From Pseudomonadota bacterium (lineage in GTDB: Bacteria; Pseudomonadota; Gammaproteobacteria; Pseudomonadales; Moraxellaceae): a stretch of DNA of 64,000 nucleotides. Position 1 is the stretch's first letter. The number at the start of each line of letters is the position of its first letter. The position numbers and the translations under genes were made by a program. Below the pieces are notes generated by a model. The model made no database searches, had not been told where the DNA came from, and saw nothing but the letters and a program-made list of their open reading frames with translations. The DNA lies in NCBI GenBank assembly GCA_021804565.1, contig JAJZHK010000003.1, positions 7,043 to 71,042 of the forward strand, in the 5' to 3' direction. Below, piece by piece: positions 1 to 9,700 of the stretch.

Positions 1-604
1 CCTCGACCGCCTTTTTGATCTGACCGGCATGACCACGCTGCACCGGCGCGTACGAGCGCATCTTGACCTTTTGCGGATACTCGTAAGGAAACTTCTCACC
101 GGGATTGGTGCAGTCTTTGGGCACGTCGATGACCACCGGACCAGGACGCCCGGTACAGGCAATATAAAAAGCCTTCTTGATGATGCCCGGGATCTCCTCG
201 GCGCGTCGCACCTGGAAGCTGTGTTTGACGATAGGACGGGAGACACCGATCATGTCGGTTTCCTGGAAGGCATCTTCGCCGATCAGGTTGCTCGGCACCT
301 GCCCGGAGATGACCACCATGGGGATGGAGTCCATATAGGCCGTGGCGATCGCCGTCACGGTATTGGTCGCACCAGGCCCCGAGGTCACCAGCACCACCCC
401 GGGCTTGCCGGTAGAGCGGGCATAGCCATCGGCGGCATGACCCGCCGCCTGCTCATGGCGCACCAGAACATGACGCACCTTGGACTGTTTGAACAGTGCG
501 TCATAGATATGCAAGACCGCACCACCGGGATAGCCGAAGATGACCTCGACCCCTTCGTCCGCGAGTGCGCGAACGAGCATTTCTCCACCAGATAAGAGTT
601 CCAC
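1..604 (-). CDS. ilvI: Acetolactate synthase (AHAS) large subunit, N-terminal part; the C-terminus lies beyond the left window edge
   Basis: Absent from the ORF track because it runs off the edge. My minus-strand translation from GTG at 604 reads (M)[80 protein letters not shown]. This is the typical TPP-enzyme N-terminal domain of AHAS large subunits. The isozyme assignment (ilvI versus ilvB) is uncertain. Confidence 0.8.
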   Translation of the reverse strand, partial: MELLSGGEMLVRALADEGVEVIFGYPGGAVLHIYDALFKQSKVRHVLVRHEQAAGHAADGYARSTGKPGVVLVTSGPGATNTVTAIATAYMDSIPMVVISGQVPSNLIGEDAFQETDMIGVSRPIVKHSFQVRRAEEIPGIIKKAFYIACTGRPGPVVIDVPKDCTNPGEKFPYEYPQKVKMRSYAPVQRGHAGQIKKAVE

Positions 605-1011
605 AGACTCACCCTCGCAAAGAGCTAGCGACCCCACACGGTATGGAATCGACACCAGGCACCTGTCCGCATAGTCTCGCCGGATGCGGCGACATCGTCT
701 TGCCACAGGCTTAATCGTGGCCTGACGATGTCCAGTTAAGGGTACGGAGCTTTACCTACCCTCGACGGACAAGCACCGACGACACAGATGACAGAAAGGG
801 TGGCTCTGTCAGGCTATGCCCTCGATGAAAACCGTCATTTTTTGCAAAAAAAGCCAGTCTTGTCAAGAGCAAAACCCCGCAGACACCAGGAAAGCATGCC
901 ACCCCCGGGGGCCGGCGACGCGGATTTACCATCACCGCGCCTATCGATCTTGGCAGCACCCGGAACCGACGCCCCCCTGCCGTCCTGCAGGCAGCGGCAA
1001 GAGCGGCCGGC

Positions 1012-2310
1012 TCACAGCAAAAGTCGGCGTATATCGGCCAGAAGATGCGCCAGATCGCGGACAAAATAGGCCGCTTGGGCGCCATCGATCACCCGGTGGT
1101 CGTAGCTGAGCGACAAAGGCAACATCAGCCGCGGCTGAAAACTCTGGCCATCCCATACCGGCTGCATCGATGACTTCGACACCCCCAGGATGGCGACCTG
1201 GGGCGCATCGACCACCGGCGTAAACGCGGTGCCACCGATACCCCCCAGCGAGGACACACTCATGCTGGCCGCACCGAAGTCTGCCGGCTTGAGCTTCTGC
1301 TCGCGCGCCGCCTGAGACAGGGCATCGAGTCCCCGGGCGATGTCCAGCACCCCCAGCCTGTCGACGTGACGCAGGACCGGCACGGTCAAGCCTTGCTCGG
1401 TATCGACCGCCACCGCGATATGCACATCACGCTTGAGCCAGATCCCCTCACCATCCAGGCGCCACTCGCTATTGAAACGAGGATACCGGCGCAGCATCAG
1501 TGTCAGGGCCCGCAACAGAAAAGGCAGGATCGTCAGCTTGACACCCTGAGCGGCGACCGCGTCCTTTTCCTGACGACGGAAACTGTCGAGCTCGGTGATA
1601 TCGGCCAACTCGAACTGCGTGACTGGGACCACCTGTGCGTGCACCTCTGCCAGATGCCGCGCTGCTATCTTCTGCAAACGGGTGTAAGGCAAAAACTCGA
1701 TCTCACCGGCCTGTCGCAGACGCCGCTCCTGATCGGCAGAGGACGCGGCGAGGTCGCCAGGCAGGGTGGCACTTTCACCCGTCGGGCGCAGGTGCGCTTT
1801 GACATAGCCTTTGAGGTCCTCCTTGAGAATACGCTCGTGCGGCCCCTGCCCCGACACTTGCGTCAAATCGATGCCCATCTCCCTCGCCAGACGGCGTACC
1901 GCCGGGCCGGCGTGCACCGGTGCCGCCTGGGCTTGCGCCGGCTCGGGCACAGGAGCAGGAGCAGGAGCAGGAGCAGGTGCAGGTGCAGGTGCAGGTGCAG
2001 GTGCAGGTGCAGGTGCAGGTGCAGGTGCAGGGGCAGGTGCAGGTGCAGGTGCAGGGGCCTCGGCGTGCGTCTCGCCACGGACCTCGACCCGCATCCATGG
2101 ATCGCCCTGGTGCACCGTAGCACCGGGCTTGATCAACCATTGCAGCAGGCGCCCGGTGACCGGGCTTTGCAGCTCCATGGTCGCCTTGGCCGACTCCAGA
2201 CTGGCCACCGGCTGATCGAACTGGATCTCCTGCCCTTCCGGCACCAGCAGTTCGAGCACCGTGGCCTCTTCAATACCCAAATCGGGAATAGACAGCGTTT
2301 GTTGAACCAT
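1012..2310 (-). CDS. aceF: Dihydrolipoamide acetyltransferase, E2 component of pyruvate dehydrogenase (one lipoyl domain, AP-rich linker, E3-binding domain, catalytic domain)
   Basis: ORF 1012..2508. The internal ATG at 2310 (MVQQTLSIPDLG..) lies 14 nt after the aceE stop and follows a GAGGAG RBS. Supporting motifs: lipoyl motif ESAKATMEL, peripheral subunit-binding motif GPAVRRLAREMGIDL, and the C-terminal catalytic motif SLSYDHRVIDGA. Confidence 0.9.
   Translation of the reverse strand: MVQQTLSIPDLGIEEATVLELLVPEGQEIQFDQPVASLESAKATMELQSPVTGRLLQWLIKPGATVHQGDPWMRVEVRGETHAEAPAPAPAPAPAPAPAPAPAPAPAPAPAPAPAPAPAPVPEPAQAQAAPVHAGPAVRRLAREMGIDLTQVSGQGPHERILKEDLKGYVKAHLRPTGESATLPGDLAASSADQERRLRQAGEIEFLPYTRLQKIAARHLAEVHAQVVPVTQFELADITELDSFRRQEKDAVAAQGVKLTILPFLLRALTLMLRRYPRFNSEWRLDGEGIWLKRDVHIAVAVDTEQGLTVPVLRHVDRLGVLDIARGLDALSQAAREQKLKPADFGAASMSVSSLGGIGGTAFTPVVDAPQVAILGVSKSSMQPVWDGQSFQPRLMLPLSLSYDHRVIDGAQAAYFVRDLAHLLADIRRLLL
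1951..2058. repeat. 18 tandem hexanucleotide units (AGGAGC x4, then AGGTGC with three AGGGGC variants) encoding (Ala-Pro)18 in the aceF linker
   Basis: Counted directly in the sequence. On the minus strand the units read GCTCCT/GCACCT/GCCCCT, each Ala-Pro. The alternative-frame ORFs in the track (EQEQ/VQVQ, GAGAGA, HLHLHL, CRCRCR) are artefacts of this repeat. Confidence 0.95.
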
Positions 2311-2323
2311 ACTGCTGCGCTCC

Positions 2324-4975
2324 TCAGGCCTCATGCGGATTGACGGCGTCGACATCGATACGAAATCTGCGCAAGGCATCTTCGACGACGCTATGACCCA
2401 GATCACCACGCTCAGCCATGGCGAACAAGGCGGCCACGACGATGTGCTCGTGATCGATCTCAAAGTGCCGGCGCAGGGCGGCTCGTGTATCGGATCGACC
2501 AAAACCATCCGTGCCCAGCACGTGGTAGACCTCAGGCACGTAAGCCCGGACCTGATCGGCGTGAATCTTCATGAAGTCCGAAACCGCCACCACCGCGCCT
2601 TTGTGCTGACGCAGCAGTTGGGTCATCCAGGGCACGCGGGGGACGTCGGTCGGATGCAGTCGCTTGTGCCGCTCGCAGGCCATGCCGTCACGACGCAACT
2701 CATTGAAGCTGGTGACACTGAACACCTGCGCTTCAACGGCATAGACCTCGCGCAGGATGTCGGCGGCCAACAAAGCTGCCGGCACCATGATGCCGGCAGC
2801 CAGGAGATTGACCCGTTTGCCTCCCCCCACCGCAGCCGGGCGGAGCAGATACATACCGCGCAGTATGCCTTCCTCGCTGCCTTCCGGCATGGCCGGCTGC
2901 ATGATGTTTTCATTCACCAGCGTGATGTAGTAGTAGATGTTTTCCTGTTGCTGGTACATGCGCTGCAAACCATCGCGAATGATCACCGCCAGCTCGTAGG
3001 CGTAGGCTGGATCGTAGGCACGGCAATTGGGAATCGTCGAAGCCAGTACGGGCGAGTGACCGTCCTGATGCTGCAGTCCTTCGCCATTGAGGGTGGTGCG
3101 TCCGCTCGTGGCACCCAGCAGAAAGCCCCGTGCCTGGATGTCTCCTGCCGCCCAGGCAAGATCGCCGACACGTTGAAAGCCGAACATCGAATAAAAAATA
3201 TAAAAGGGAACCAGGGGCAGCTGATGCACGCTGTAGGCGGTAGCTGCAGCGATCCAGGCGCTCATGGCGCCAGCTTCGTTGATCCCCTCCTCAAGAATCT
3301 GACCTTTGACATCCTCTCGGTAATACATGAGCTGGGACTTGTCCTCAGGCTCATAGAGCTGACCGACATTGGAGTAAATGCCGCGCTGACGGAACAGACC
3401 CTCCATCCCGAAGGTGCGCGCCTCATCGGGAACGATGGGGACGATGCGCTCGCCGAGCACCTCCTGCTTGAGCAGGAGGTTGAGCAGGCGAACAAAGGCC
3501 ATGGTGCTCGACAAGGGCCGCTCCGAGGCCTGCAGCAGCGGCTGCAGGCTGGCCAGCTCAGGGACCGGCAGCGTCGGGCCGGTGGTCTGGCGCTGCGGCA
3601 GGTAGCCACCCAAAGCCTGGCGCCGCTCACGCAGATAGCGCAGTTCGGGACTGTCCTCAGGGGGACGATAAAAAGGCAAACGCGCCAGCTCTTCGTCGCT
3701 GAAAGGCATGGCAAATCGATCACGAAATATCTTCAGCGAGTCGAGGTCAAGATGCTTGATCTGGTGCGTCTTGTTGACCGCTTCGCCATGGCCGGTGCCA
3801 TAGCCCTTGATGGTCTTGGCCAGAATCACGGTCGGACCGCCGCGATGCGCCATGGCCGCGGCGTAGGCTGCATAGACCTTCTGGGGATCGTGACCACCGC
3901 GCTTGAGATCATCGATCTCCGCATCACTCATGTCTTCGACCATGGCACGTAGAGGCGCGTACTTGCCAAAAAAGTGCTCACGGGTGTAGGCCCCGCCGTG
4001 CATGGCGTAAGCCTGATACTCGCCGTCGACACACTCCTGCATGCGGCGACGCAGATAACCCTCGTGGTCACGCGCCAGCAATCGATCCCAGGCGCCACCC
4101 CAAACCAGCTTGATCACGTTCCAGCCGGCACCACGAAAGACCGACTCCAGCTCCTGTATGATCTTGCCATTGCCTCGTACCGGACCATCCAGGCGCTGCA
4201 GATTGCAGTTCACCACAAAGATCAGGGGGTCGAGCCGTTCCCGACCGGCCAGGGACAAAGCCCCCAGCGACTCAGGCTCATCCATTTCCCCGTCACCCAG
4301 GAAAGCCCAGATCTTGCGCCCCTGATCGGGCAGCAGGCCGCGATTGATCAGATACTTGAGCACATGCGCCTGGTAGATGGCCATGATCGGACCCAAGCCC
4401 ATGGAGACCGTCGGAAACTGCCAGTAATCACGCATCAGCCAGGGGTGTGGATAGGAGGACAAGCCCTTGCCACCGACTTCCCGGCGAAAGTTTTCCAGCT
4501 GACGTTCGCTGATGCGGCCTTCCAGAAAGGATCGGGCATAGATGCCCGGCGCCGAATGCCCCTGCACATAGAGCAAATCACCGCCAAAGCTCGCGCTCGG
4601 CGCCCGAAAGAAGTGATGGAAGCCGATATCGTAGAGGGTGGCGCTGGAGGCGAAGGTGGCGATATGCCCGCCCAGCTCCTCGTCATCGGCATTGGCCCGC
4701 ATCACCATGGCCAGGGCATTCCAGCGTATCAGCGAGCGCAAGCGTCTTTCCATCCAGGGGTCGCCCTGCCTTGGCGCCTCGTCAGCGACAGCGATGGTGT
4801 TCAGATAAGGGGTGTTCAAGCCAGGAGGGTGCAGACCCTGGGCATAAGCCTGTTCGAGCAGGCGCGCCAGGATGAACTGGGCCCTTTCCCGCCCCTCTTG
4901 GGCGATCACCGAATCGAGCGCCGCCAACCACTCCCCGGTCTCGATAGGATCCTGATCCAGCGAATCTTCCTGCAT
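2324..4975 (-). CDS. aceE: Pyruvate dehydrogenase E1 component (homodimeric type)
   Basis: ORF 2324..5008. Its N-terminus MQEDSLDQDPIETGEWLAALDSVIAQEG parallels E. coli AceE (..DVDPIETRDWLQAIESVIREEG), so the ATG at 4975 is preferred. The TPP-binding region GDGEMDEPES is present. The protein is about 880 aa and the gene sits directly upstream of aceF. Confidence 0.92.
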   Translation of the reverse strand: MQEDSLDQDPIETGEWLAALDSVIAQEGRERAQFILARLLEQAYAQGLHPPGLNTPYLNTIAVADEAPRQGDPWMERRLRSLIRWNALAMVMRANADDEELGGHIATFASSATLYDIGFHHFFRAPSASFGGDLLYVQGHSAPGIYARSFLEGRISERQLENFRREVGGKGLSSYPHPWLMRDYWQFPTVSMGLGPIMAIYQAHVLKYLINRGLLPDQGRKIWAFLGDGEMDEPESLGALSLAGRERLDPLIFVVNCNLQRLDGPVRGNGKIIQELESVFRGAGWNVIKLVWGGAWDRLLARDHEGYLRRRMQECVDGEYQAYAMHGGAYTREHFFGKYAPLRAMVEDMSDAEIDDLKRGGHDPQKVYAAYAAAMAHRGGPTVILAKTIKGYGTGHGEAVNKTHQIKHLDLDSLKIFRDRFAMPFSDEELARLPFYRPPEDSPELRYLRERRQALGGYLPQRQTTGPTLPVPELASLQPLLQASERPLSSTMAFVRLLNLLLKQEVLGERIVPIVPDEARTFGMEGLFRQRGIYSNVGQLYEPEDKSQLMYYREDVKGQILEEGINEAGAMSAWIAAATAYSVHQLPLVPFYIFYSMFGFQRVGDLAWAAGDIQARGFLLGATSGRTTLNGEGLQHQDGHSPVLASTIPNCRAYDPAYAYELAVIIRDGLQRMYQQQENIYYYITLVNENIMQPAMPEGSEEGILRGMYLLRPAAVGGGKRVNLLAAGIMVPAALLAADILREVYAVEAQVFSVTSFNELRRDGMACERHKRLHPTDVPRVPWMTQLLRQHKGAVVAVSDFMKIHADQVRAYVPEVYHVLGTDGFGRSDTRAALRRHFEIDHEHIVVAALFAMAERGDLGHSVVEDALRRFRIDVDAVNPHEA

Positions 4976-5053
4976 CTTTACCGCCTCCTGACAGAACGCC
5001 ATCAGCATAGGGTAGATGCGGCCTGCCTCCTAGGCAAATGGGTGAAACTCACT

Positions 5054-5854
5054 TTATGATCGCGCCTTGGCTCGCACCTGAGCGCACAGTGAACCAAGAC
5101 CATCGAGCATGGTCGCGTCGGGCCGCTCCAGGGATGAAGTATCGGCATGCAGCCAGGGCAGCGTGCTCAGCGCCGGCGCCACCGACTGGTCTTCTGGCAC
5201 AATAACCGCCTGCAGGGGCTCCGTCAGCGTCCATTCGGACGAGACCTGCAACGCCGTACCATGCTCCCGGGGAGAACGCAGGCGCAGATGACAAAGCGCC
5301 AGGGCCTGGGCGACATAATGATCCGCCGCCAGCGTCATCAAAGGCTGCGGCCACACCTGAAAAAATACGTTCAGCCAAGCCAGTCCGCCGTACGCCTGCC
5401 GAAGGTGCAGCGCTTGCTGCTCAAAGTGCGCACGCAGACGCGCAGCGCGCAGCTCCTGACCGGCCAGGGCCCCCATGCGGCTGATGCTCGCGGCCACATC
5501 CTGCGGGCTGTGCGGGTCGAAGAAATAGAGGTTGAGATGCAGGCGCTGCAGGGTCTGCACCCGCCGTGGATCGATGCCACCGGTCCAGACCAAGACCTTG
5601 TCAGGGTGCAGGGCGAGCACCAGCTCGTCGCTCCACTGGGCTCCCCGCGCGATGTCAGGCACGCCAGGACAGGCCTTCTTGCCGCTCGGCTGCCCCACCT
5701 GAGCCAGCAGCAGATCACAGGCTCCGAGCTGATCGATGAGCAGGGTCAAAGCCGGCGCCAGACTCACCCAGCGCTGGCTGGTGCCAGGTCCCGCCAACGC
5801 CGACCCCGTCAGGCACAGGACGAGCAGGCTCGCGGCCCGCAACCCGCTGTTCAA
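5054..5854 (-). CDS. Periplasmic substrate-binding protein, BtuF/FecB-like (cobalamin or Fe-siderophore ABC family)
   Basis: ORF 5054..5953. It has a signal-peptide-like stretch LRAASLLVLCLTGSALA, followed by RWVSLAPALTLLIDQLGACDLLL and HPDKVLVWTGG, which are typical of class III periplasmic binding proteins. The start is uncertain. The TTG at 5854 overlaps the ampE stop (TTGA), whereas the ATG at 5953 would overlap ampE by about 100 nt. Confidence 0.55.
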   Translation of the reverse strand: MNSGLRAASLLVLCLTGSALAGPGTSQRWVSLAPALTLLIDQLGACDLLLAQVGQPSGKKACPGVPDIARGAQWSDELVLALHPDKVLVWTGGIDPRRVQTLQRLHLNLYFFDPHSPQDVAASISRMGALAGQELRAARLRAHFEQQALHLRQAYGGLAWLNVFFQVWPQPLMTLAADHYVAQALALCHLRLRSPREHGTALQVSSEWTLTEPLQAVIVPEDQSVAPALSTLPWLHADTSSLERPDATMLDGLGSLCAQVRAKARS

Positions 5855-6696
5855 AACAGCGGTGTATACAGGGTCAGCATGGCGAGCACGACGACCCAGA
5901 AAGTGCGGCAGCGATGAAACAGGGCCTGCAAACCCTGGATGCGCTCTTGCCATGGGGCACTGCCGGGGCCATCACCATCGCCCAGGGGGGGCCAGTGCAG
6001 GCTCTGCTCGACGAGGGCGGGCAGTAAAACATCGCTAGGCTCGAGGGTGCGCCAGGTCGTTTTGAGTGTATCGACACAAGCCAGAAAATCTCCCAGCAGG
6101 GCGATACTGACCATCAAACAGCGTCCCGGCAACCACTCGATCCAGAACAGCAGACGATCGAGCTCTGCCACCCAGGGCTGCTCCGGGTCGCTGCGCCGCG
6201 CCATGACCAGCAAGGCCACCGCAAGCATGCCCAAAGGGCCCAGCAAGACCCACCAGAACAAGGGACTCATGCGAAAGCGCAGGTGCCGGCGGCCAATCAG
6301 CAGGACCTGCTCCCGCAGGCGTGACTCATGCATCTCATGGGCCAGCAGCAGGCTGAGCTGGGCACCGTGGTCCGCGGCCACCGCCTCACCGGCGGCAGGC
6401 TCACCCGGCAACATGCGGGCCTCGGTGTGCGGGCCCAGAACGAGCAGGACCAGCAGGGCATTGAGTACAAAACTGGGCAGACCCCAGAGATGACCATGGA
6501 GAGCGTGCAAAAGCACCGCCAGCAGGAGCAGCGGCAGGAGCAGCCAGAGCAGAAGTCCCATCCAGGCACCCGCCGGCCAGCGGACACGGCGCACCGCACA
6601 CGCCGCCTGCAGGCACAGGTCGTCCACCAGGTCGAGGGCCGGCATCGGCGACCTCTCCTGCAGATAAAGAACCAGTAGCACCACCCACAGATTCAT
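5851..6696 (-). CDS. ampE: AmpE-like inner membrane protein
   Basis: 281 aa with multiple transmembrane segments. The N-terminus MNLWVVLLVLYLQER, the internal LRFRMSPLFWWVLLGP and the C-terminus VVVLAMLTLYTPLF align by eye with E. coli AmpE (MTLFTTLLVLIFERL.., INFRFYLAPLFWLIVGG, VVVVIIALLTIYGALV). No ampD gene lies upstream. Confidence 0.75.
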   Translation of the reverse strand: MNLWVVLLVLYLQERSPMPALDLVDDLCLQAACAVRRVRWPAGAWMGLLLWLLLPLLLLAVLLHALHGHLWGLPSFVLNALLVLLVLGPHTEARMLPGEPAAGEAVAADHGAQLSLLLAHEMHESRLREQVLLIGRRHLRFRMSPLFWWVLLGPLGMLAVALLVMARRSDPEQPWVAELDRLLFWIEWLPGRCLMVSIALLGDFLACVDTLKTTWRTLEPSDVLLPALVEQSLHWPPLGDGDGPGSAPWQERIQGLQALFHRCRTFWVVVLAMLTLYTPLF

Positions 6697-6728
6697 GACG
6701 CACCGCTCCCCTACGATCTACGCATTGC

Positions 6729-9700
6729 TTATACCGTATCGCCCCTGAGCTCGGAAAGTCTTTCCTCACCTCGCGACAGTAATTCATGCACCATACGCAG
6801 CAGCTGCTCGGGATCGATAGGCTTGCTCAGCAGGGCACAAGGCTCCGGCAAATTCTGCTGTCTTTGCAGCAAATCAGCCTGGGCACTGCACAGCAGGACC
6901 GGCAGATCCTCGCGCAAGGCGCGTAGACGCGCGACCAGTTCAAAACCGAGCAGCCCGGGCATCACCTGATCGGTGATCACCAGATCATAGGCCTGCGGCT
7001 GCTCCTGCAATGCCGCCAGGGCCATGACCGGATCGTGCAAGGTGTGCACACGATACGCGTGCAGGCTCAAGAGCTCGGCGAGCATATGCGCCACCGCAGG
7101 CTCATCCTCGACGATCAGGATGCTGGCGTTTTTGAAACCGCCGCGACCGGCGATAACGCTGCCGGCGTCGGGACTGAGCAACTGCACCTGTTGCTGCGGC
7201 GCGAAGATGACACGGAATTGGACGCCTTGCCCCAAACGGCTATCGAGCAGGATGTGCCCGCCAAACTCATGAACGATGCCATGGACCACCGACAGCCCCA
7301 TGCCACTCCCGCGTCCGACTTCCTTGGTGGTGAAGAAGGGATCAAAAATACGCAAGGCGATCGCCGGATCAATACCGGGCCCATTGTCGGCCACTTCGAT
7401 GACGACATGAGGTCCTTCGACGCGACCATGACAGGAAGCACAGTGTGCCGGGGCGACCTCAGCCTGCCGCAAAGCCACCAGGATCTCACCCGACTCCGCC
7501 AGGGCATCGCGGGCATTGAGCACCAAATTCATCAGCACCTGCTGCAACTGCACGGCATCGACCAGGATGGGCGGGGCTTCTTCGTCGATGTCCAGGCGCA
7601 GATGCAAGGACGAGGGCAAGGCCGGGCGCAGCATGCGCAAGGTCGACTGGATCAGCTCCTGCACAGGCTGTACGCGACCGGGTGAGCGCCCACCGCGGCT
7701 GAAGATGAGCATCTGTGCAATCAGTTCACGGGCACGCTCACCGGCGCTGCGTATCTGGCGCACATAACGCACCAAACGGTCTTCCGAGGCGTCGCCCAGT
7801 TGTCGCAAGGAGAGATCGGCATAGCCGAGGATACTGGTCAGTATATTGTTGAAATCATGTGCGATACCGCCGGTCAGATGGCCTATCGCCTCCATCTTCT
7901 GAGCCTGCTGCACGGCGCGCTGCAACTGCTCACGGTCGGCTTCGATGACCTCCAGCTCGGTAATATCCCGCACCATGACCATGATACGCTGCGCCTGATG
8001 CAGCGCATCCCTGACCAGCCACTGACGCACGCTCACGGCGACGACCGAGCCATCGCGACGCAAATAGGTCTCGCGATCGCTCTCACTGTAGCCTCGGCGC
8101 AGCAGCTGCTGACGCAAATGGGCGCCATGCGCCTGCGACGCCGGGCTCATCAGGCCCATATGATTCATGCCGCGCAGCTGTTCGGGCGAGTAGGCGACGA
8201 TATCCTGAAAGGCGCGGTTGGTCTCCTCGATACGGCCCTGGATATCGAGCACACAGATGCCATCGATACTGGAGTCAAACAAGGAGCGGTAACGCTGCTC
8301 CGACTGCAGGATAGCCTGTTCGGCCTGGCGCATGGCGGTCAGATCCTGCACCACCCCAACCCAGCGCAAAACCTGCCCTTGTGCATCGAGATCGGCATTG
8401 ACACTGCAGCGCATGAAGCGGCTATGGCCGCTGGCATCCGGCTTGAGACGAAAAGCCAGCGAGAATGGTGCGCAGGAAGCCTCACCTTCACGCAGCTGCT
8501 CTTCAACCAGGGCGCGATCTTGTGGATGGACCTCATCCAGCCAGCGATCTTTTTCGTCCAGGGTGGCGGCCTGTGCCCCACCCAACAAGGAACAAAACTC
8601 TTCCGAAGCCAGCCAGCTTCCCGCCTTCCTGTCCTCCACCCAAAAACCCAGGCCGGCGATACGCTGTGATTCAGCGAGCAGATTGCGATTTTGTTCGAGC
8701 TCTCTTTGCTGTCGACGACGCTCGGAAACATCGACGAGCAGGCAGCGTATCAGCACTTCGTGCTCACTGCGTGTCGCCACCGCACTGAGCAGCAGGCTGA
8801 TGCGCCGGCCATCGATGGTCATGTAGTCGAGTTCGACGTCTTTGACCGCGCCTTCGTTGCTGACCTGGGCGATCAGTGCCACCGTCGCCGCGTGGGACTC
8901 CGGCGCGGTCCATTCATACACCGAGTGCAGCACCAAACGATCCAGCTGCGTCAGGCCGAGAAACTCAAGAAAGGTCTGGTTGGCATCGCGGACCAGGCCA
9001 TTGCCATCGATGGCCAGGAAACCGGTATGCGTATCCGCCACCAGCTGGCGATAGATCTGCTCGCTTTCCTCGGCCAGCTTCTGCGAAGTGACATCGAGCA
9101 TCAGCCCTTCGATCAGGACCTGACCGTGGCTGATCAAAGCCCGTCCACGCTCTGAGATCCAGCGCAGCTCCGAAGCCGCACCTCGGATGCGATAGAGAAG
9201 TTCAAAACTGCTACCCTGGTTGATCGCCGCCTCCACCTGGGGGATGAGACTGGCCCGGTCTTCCGCGAGGATGAGATGTCCCAGCGAGAAAACGTCCCCA
9301 CGGGTAAAGCTGTCGGAGCGAAACCCGGTGATCTGCTGCGCTCCTTCACTGATAAAAGCCGGCTTCCAGTCATGGTGCAGATTGAACAGGCGATACTGGT
9401 CCGCCTCGACCAGCAGCCCCTGGCCGAGCTTGCAGGTATAGCTATAGAGTATGCCTGGCAAATTGCCGACCATGGTCGCCAGTTGCCGGTCACGCTCATT
9501 GAGTGCCGCCTCGGCTCGCCTTTGCTCGGTCACATCGAGGATGAGCTCCAGATAAAGCACGTGCCCATCCTCGCCGACCTCATGACGACGTAGCCAGGTG
9601 TTGCCCCAACGGACCTGACCCTGGGCGGTACGATAGACGCGCAGGGCTTGCAGGCTTTCCTGGCCGGCCGCCAGCCGCCGCAAATCGTCGAGCAACTGGC

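Noticed and set aside
29-595. Long antisense or alternative-frame ORFs in the track. Examples: 29..595 +, 1366..2343 +, 2333..3952 +, 3974..5059 +, 13579..14529 +, 14655..15707 +, 17268..18206 -, 19313..20206 -, 20986..22185 +, 23615..24775 +, 38984..40219 +, 40474..42189 -, 43542..44735 -, 55461..56963 +, 57543..58964 -, 62649..63221 -.
   Set aside because: Each lies opposite to, or out of frame with, a gene whose product has clear family motifs. Their translations are Arg/Gly/His/Gln-rich and of low complexity, and long stop-free frames are expected at this G+C content.
679-691. GCCGGATGCGGCG, identical to the core of the enterobacterial REP element consensus, forming a 6-bp hairpin (TCGCCG-gatg-CGGCGA)
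   Set aside because: There is only one copy in 64 kb and no paired inverted copy, so it is probably a chance match in GC-rich DNA.
605-1011. A 400-nt gap between aceF and the AHAS gene. On the minus strand it has a possible promoter (TTGACA at 866-861, an A-rich -10 near 843-837) and a mini-ORF, MTVFIEGIA. I considered it as an ilv attenuator or leader peptide.
   Set aside because: The -10 element is poor (AAAAAT with an 18-nt spacer). The mini-ORF would start at or before the predicted transcription start. It is not rich in Val/Leu/Ile runs, and I saw no alternative terminator/antiterminator pairing.
1811-2215. ORFs encoding GAGAGA.., EQEQ/VQVQ.., CTCTCT.., HLHLHL.. and CRCRCR.. peptides; the periodic sequence could also be mistaken for a repeat array
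   Set aside because: They are the other five reading frames of the aceF (Ala-Pro)18 hexamer repeat. The repeat has a 6-nt period without spacers, so it is not a CRISPR array.
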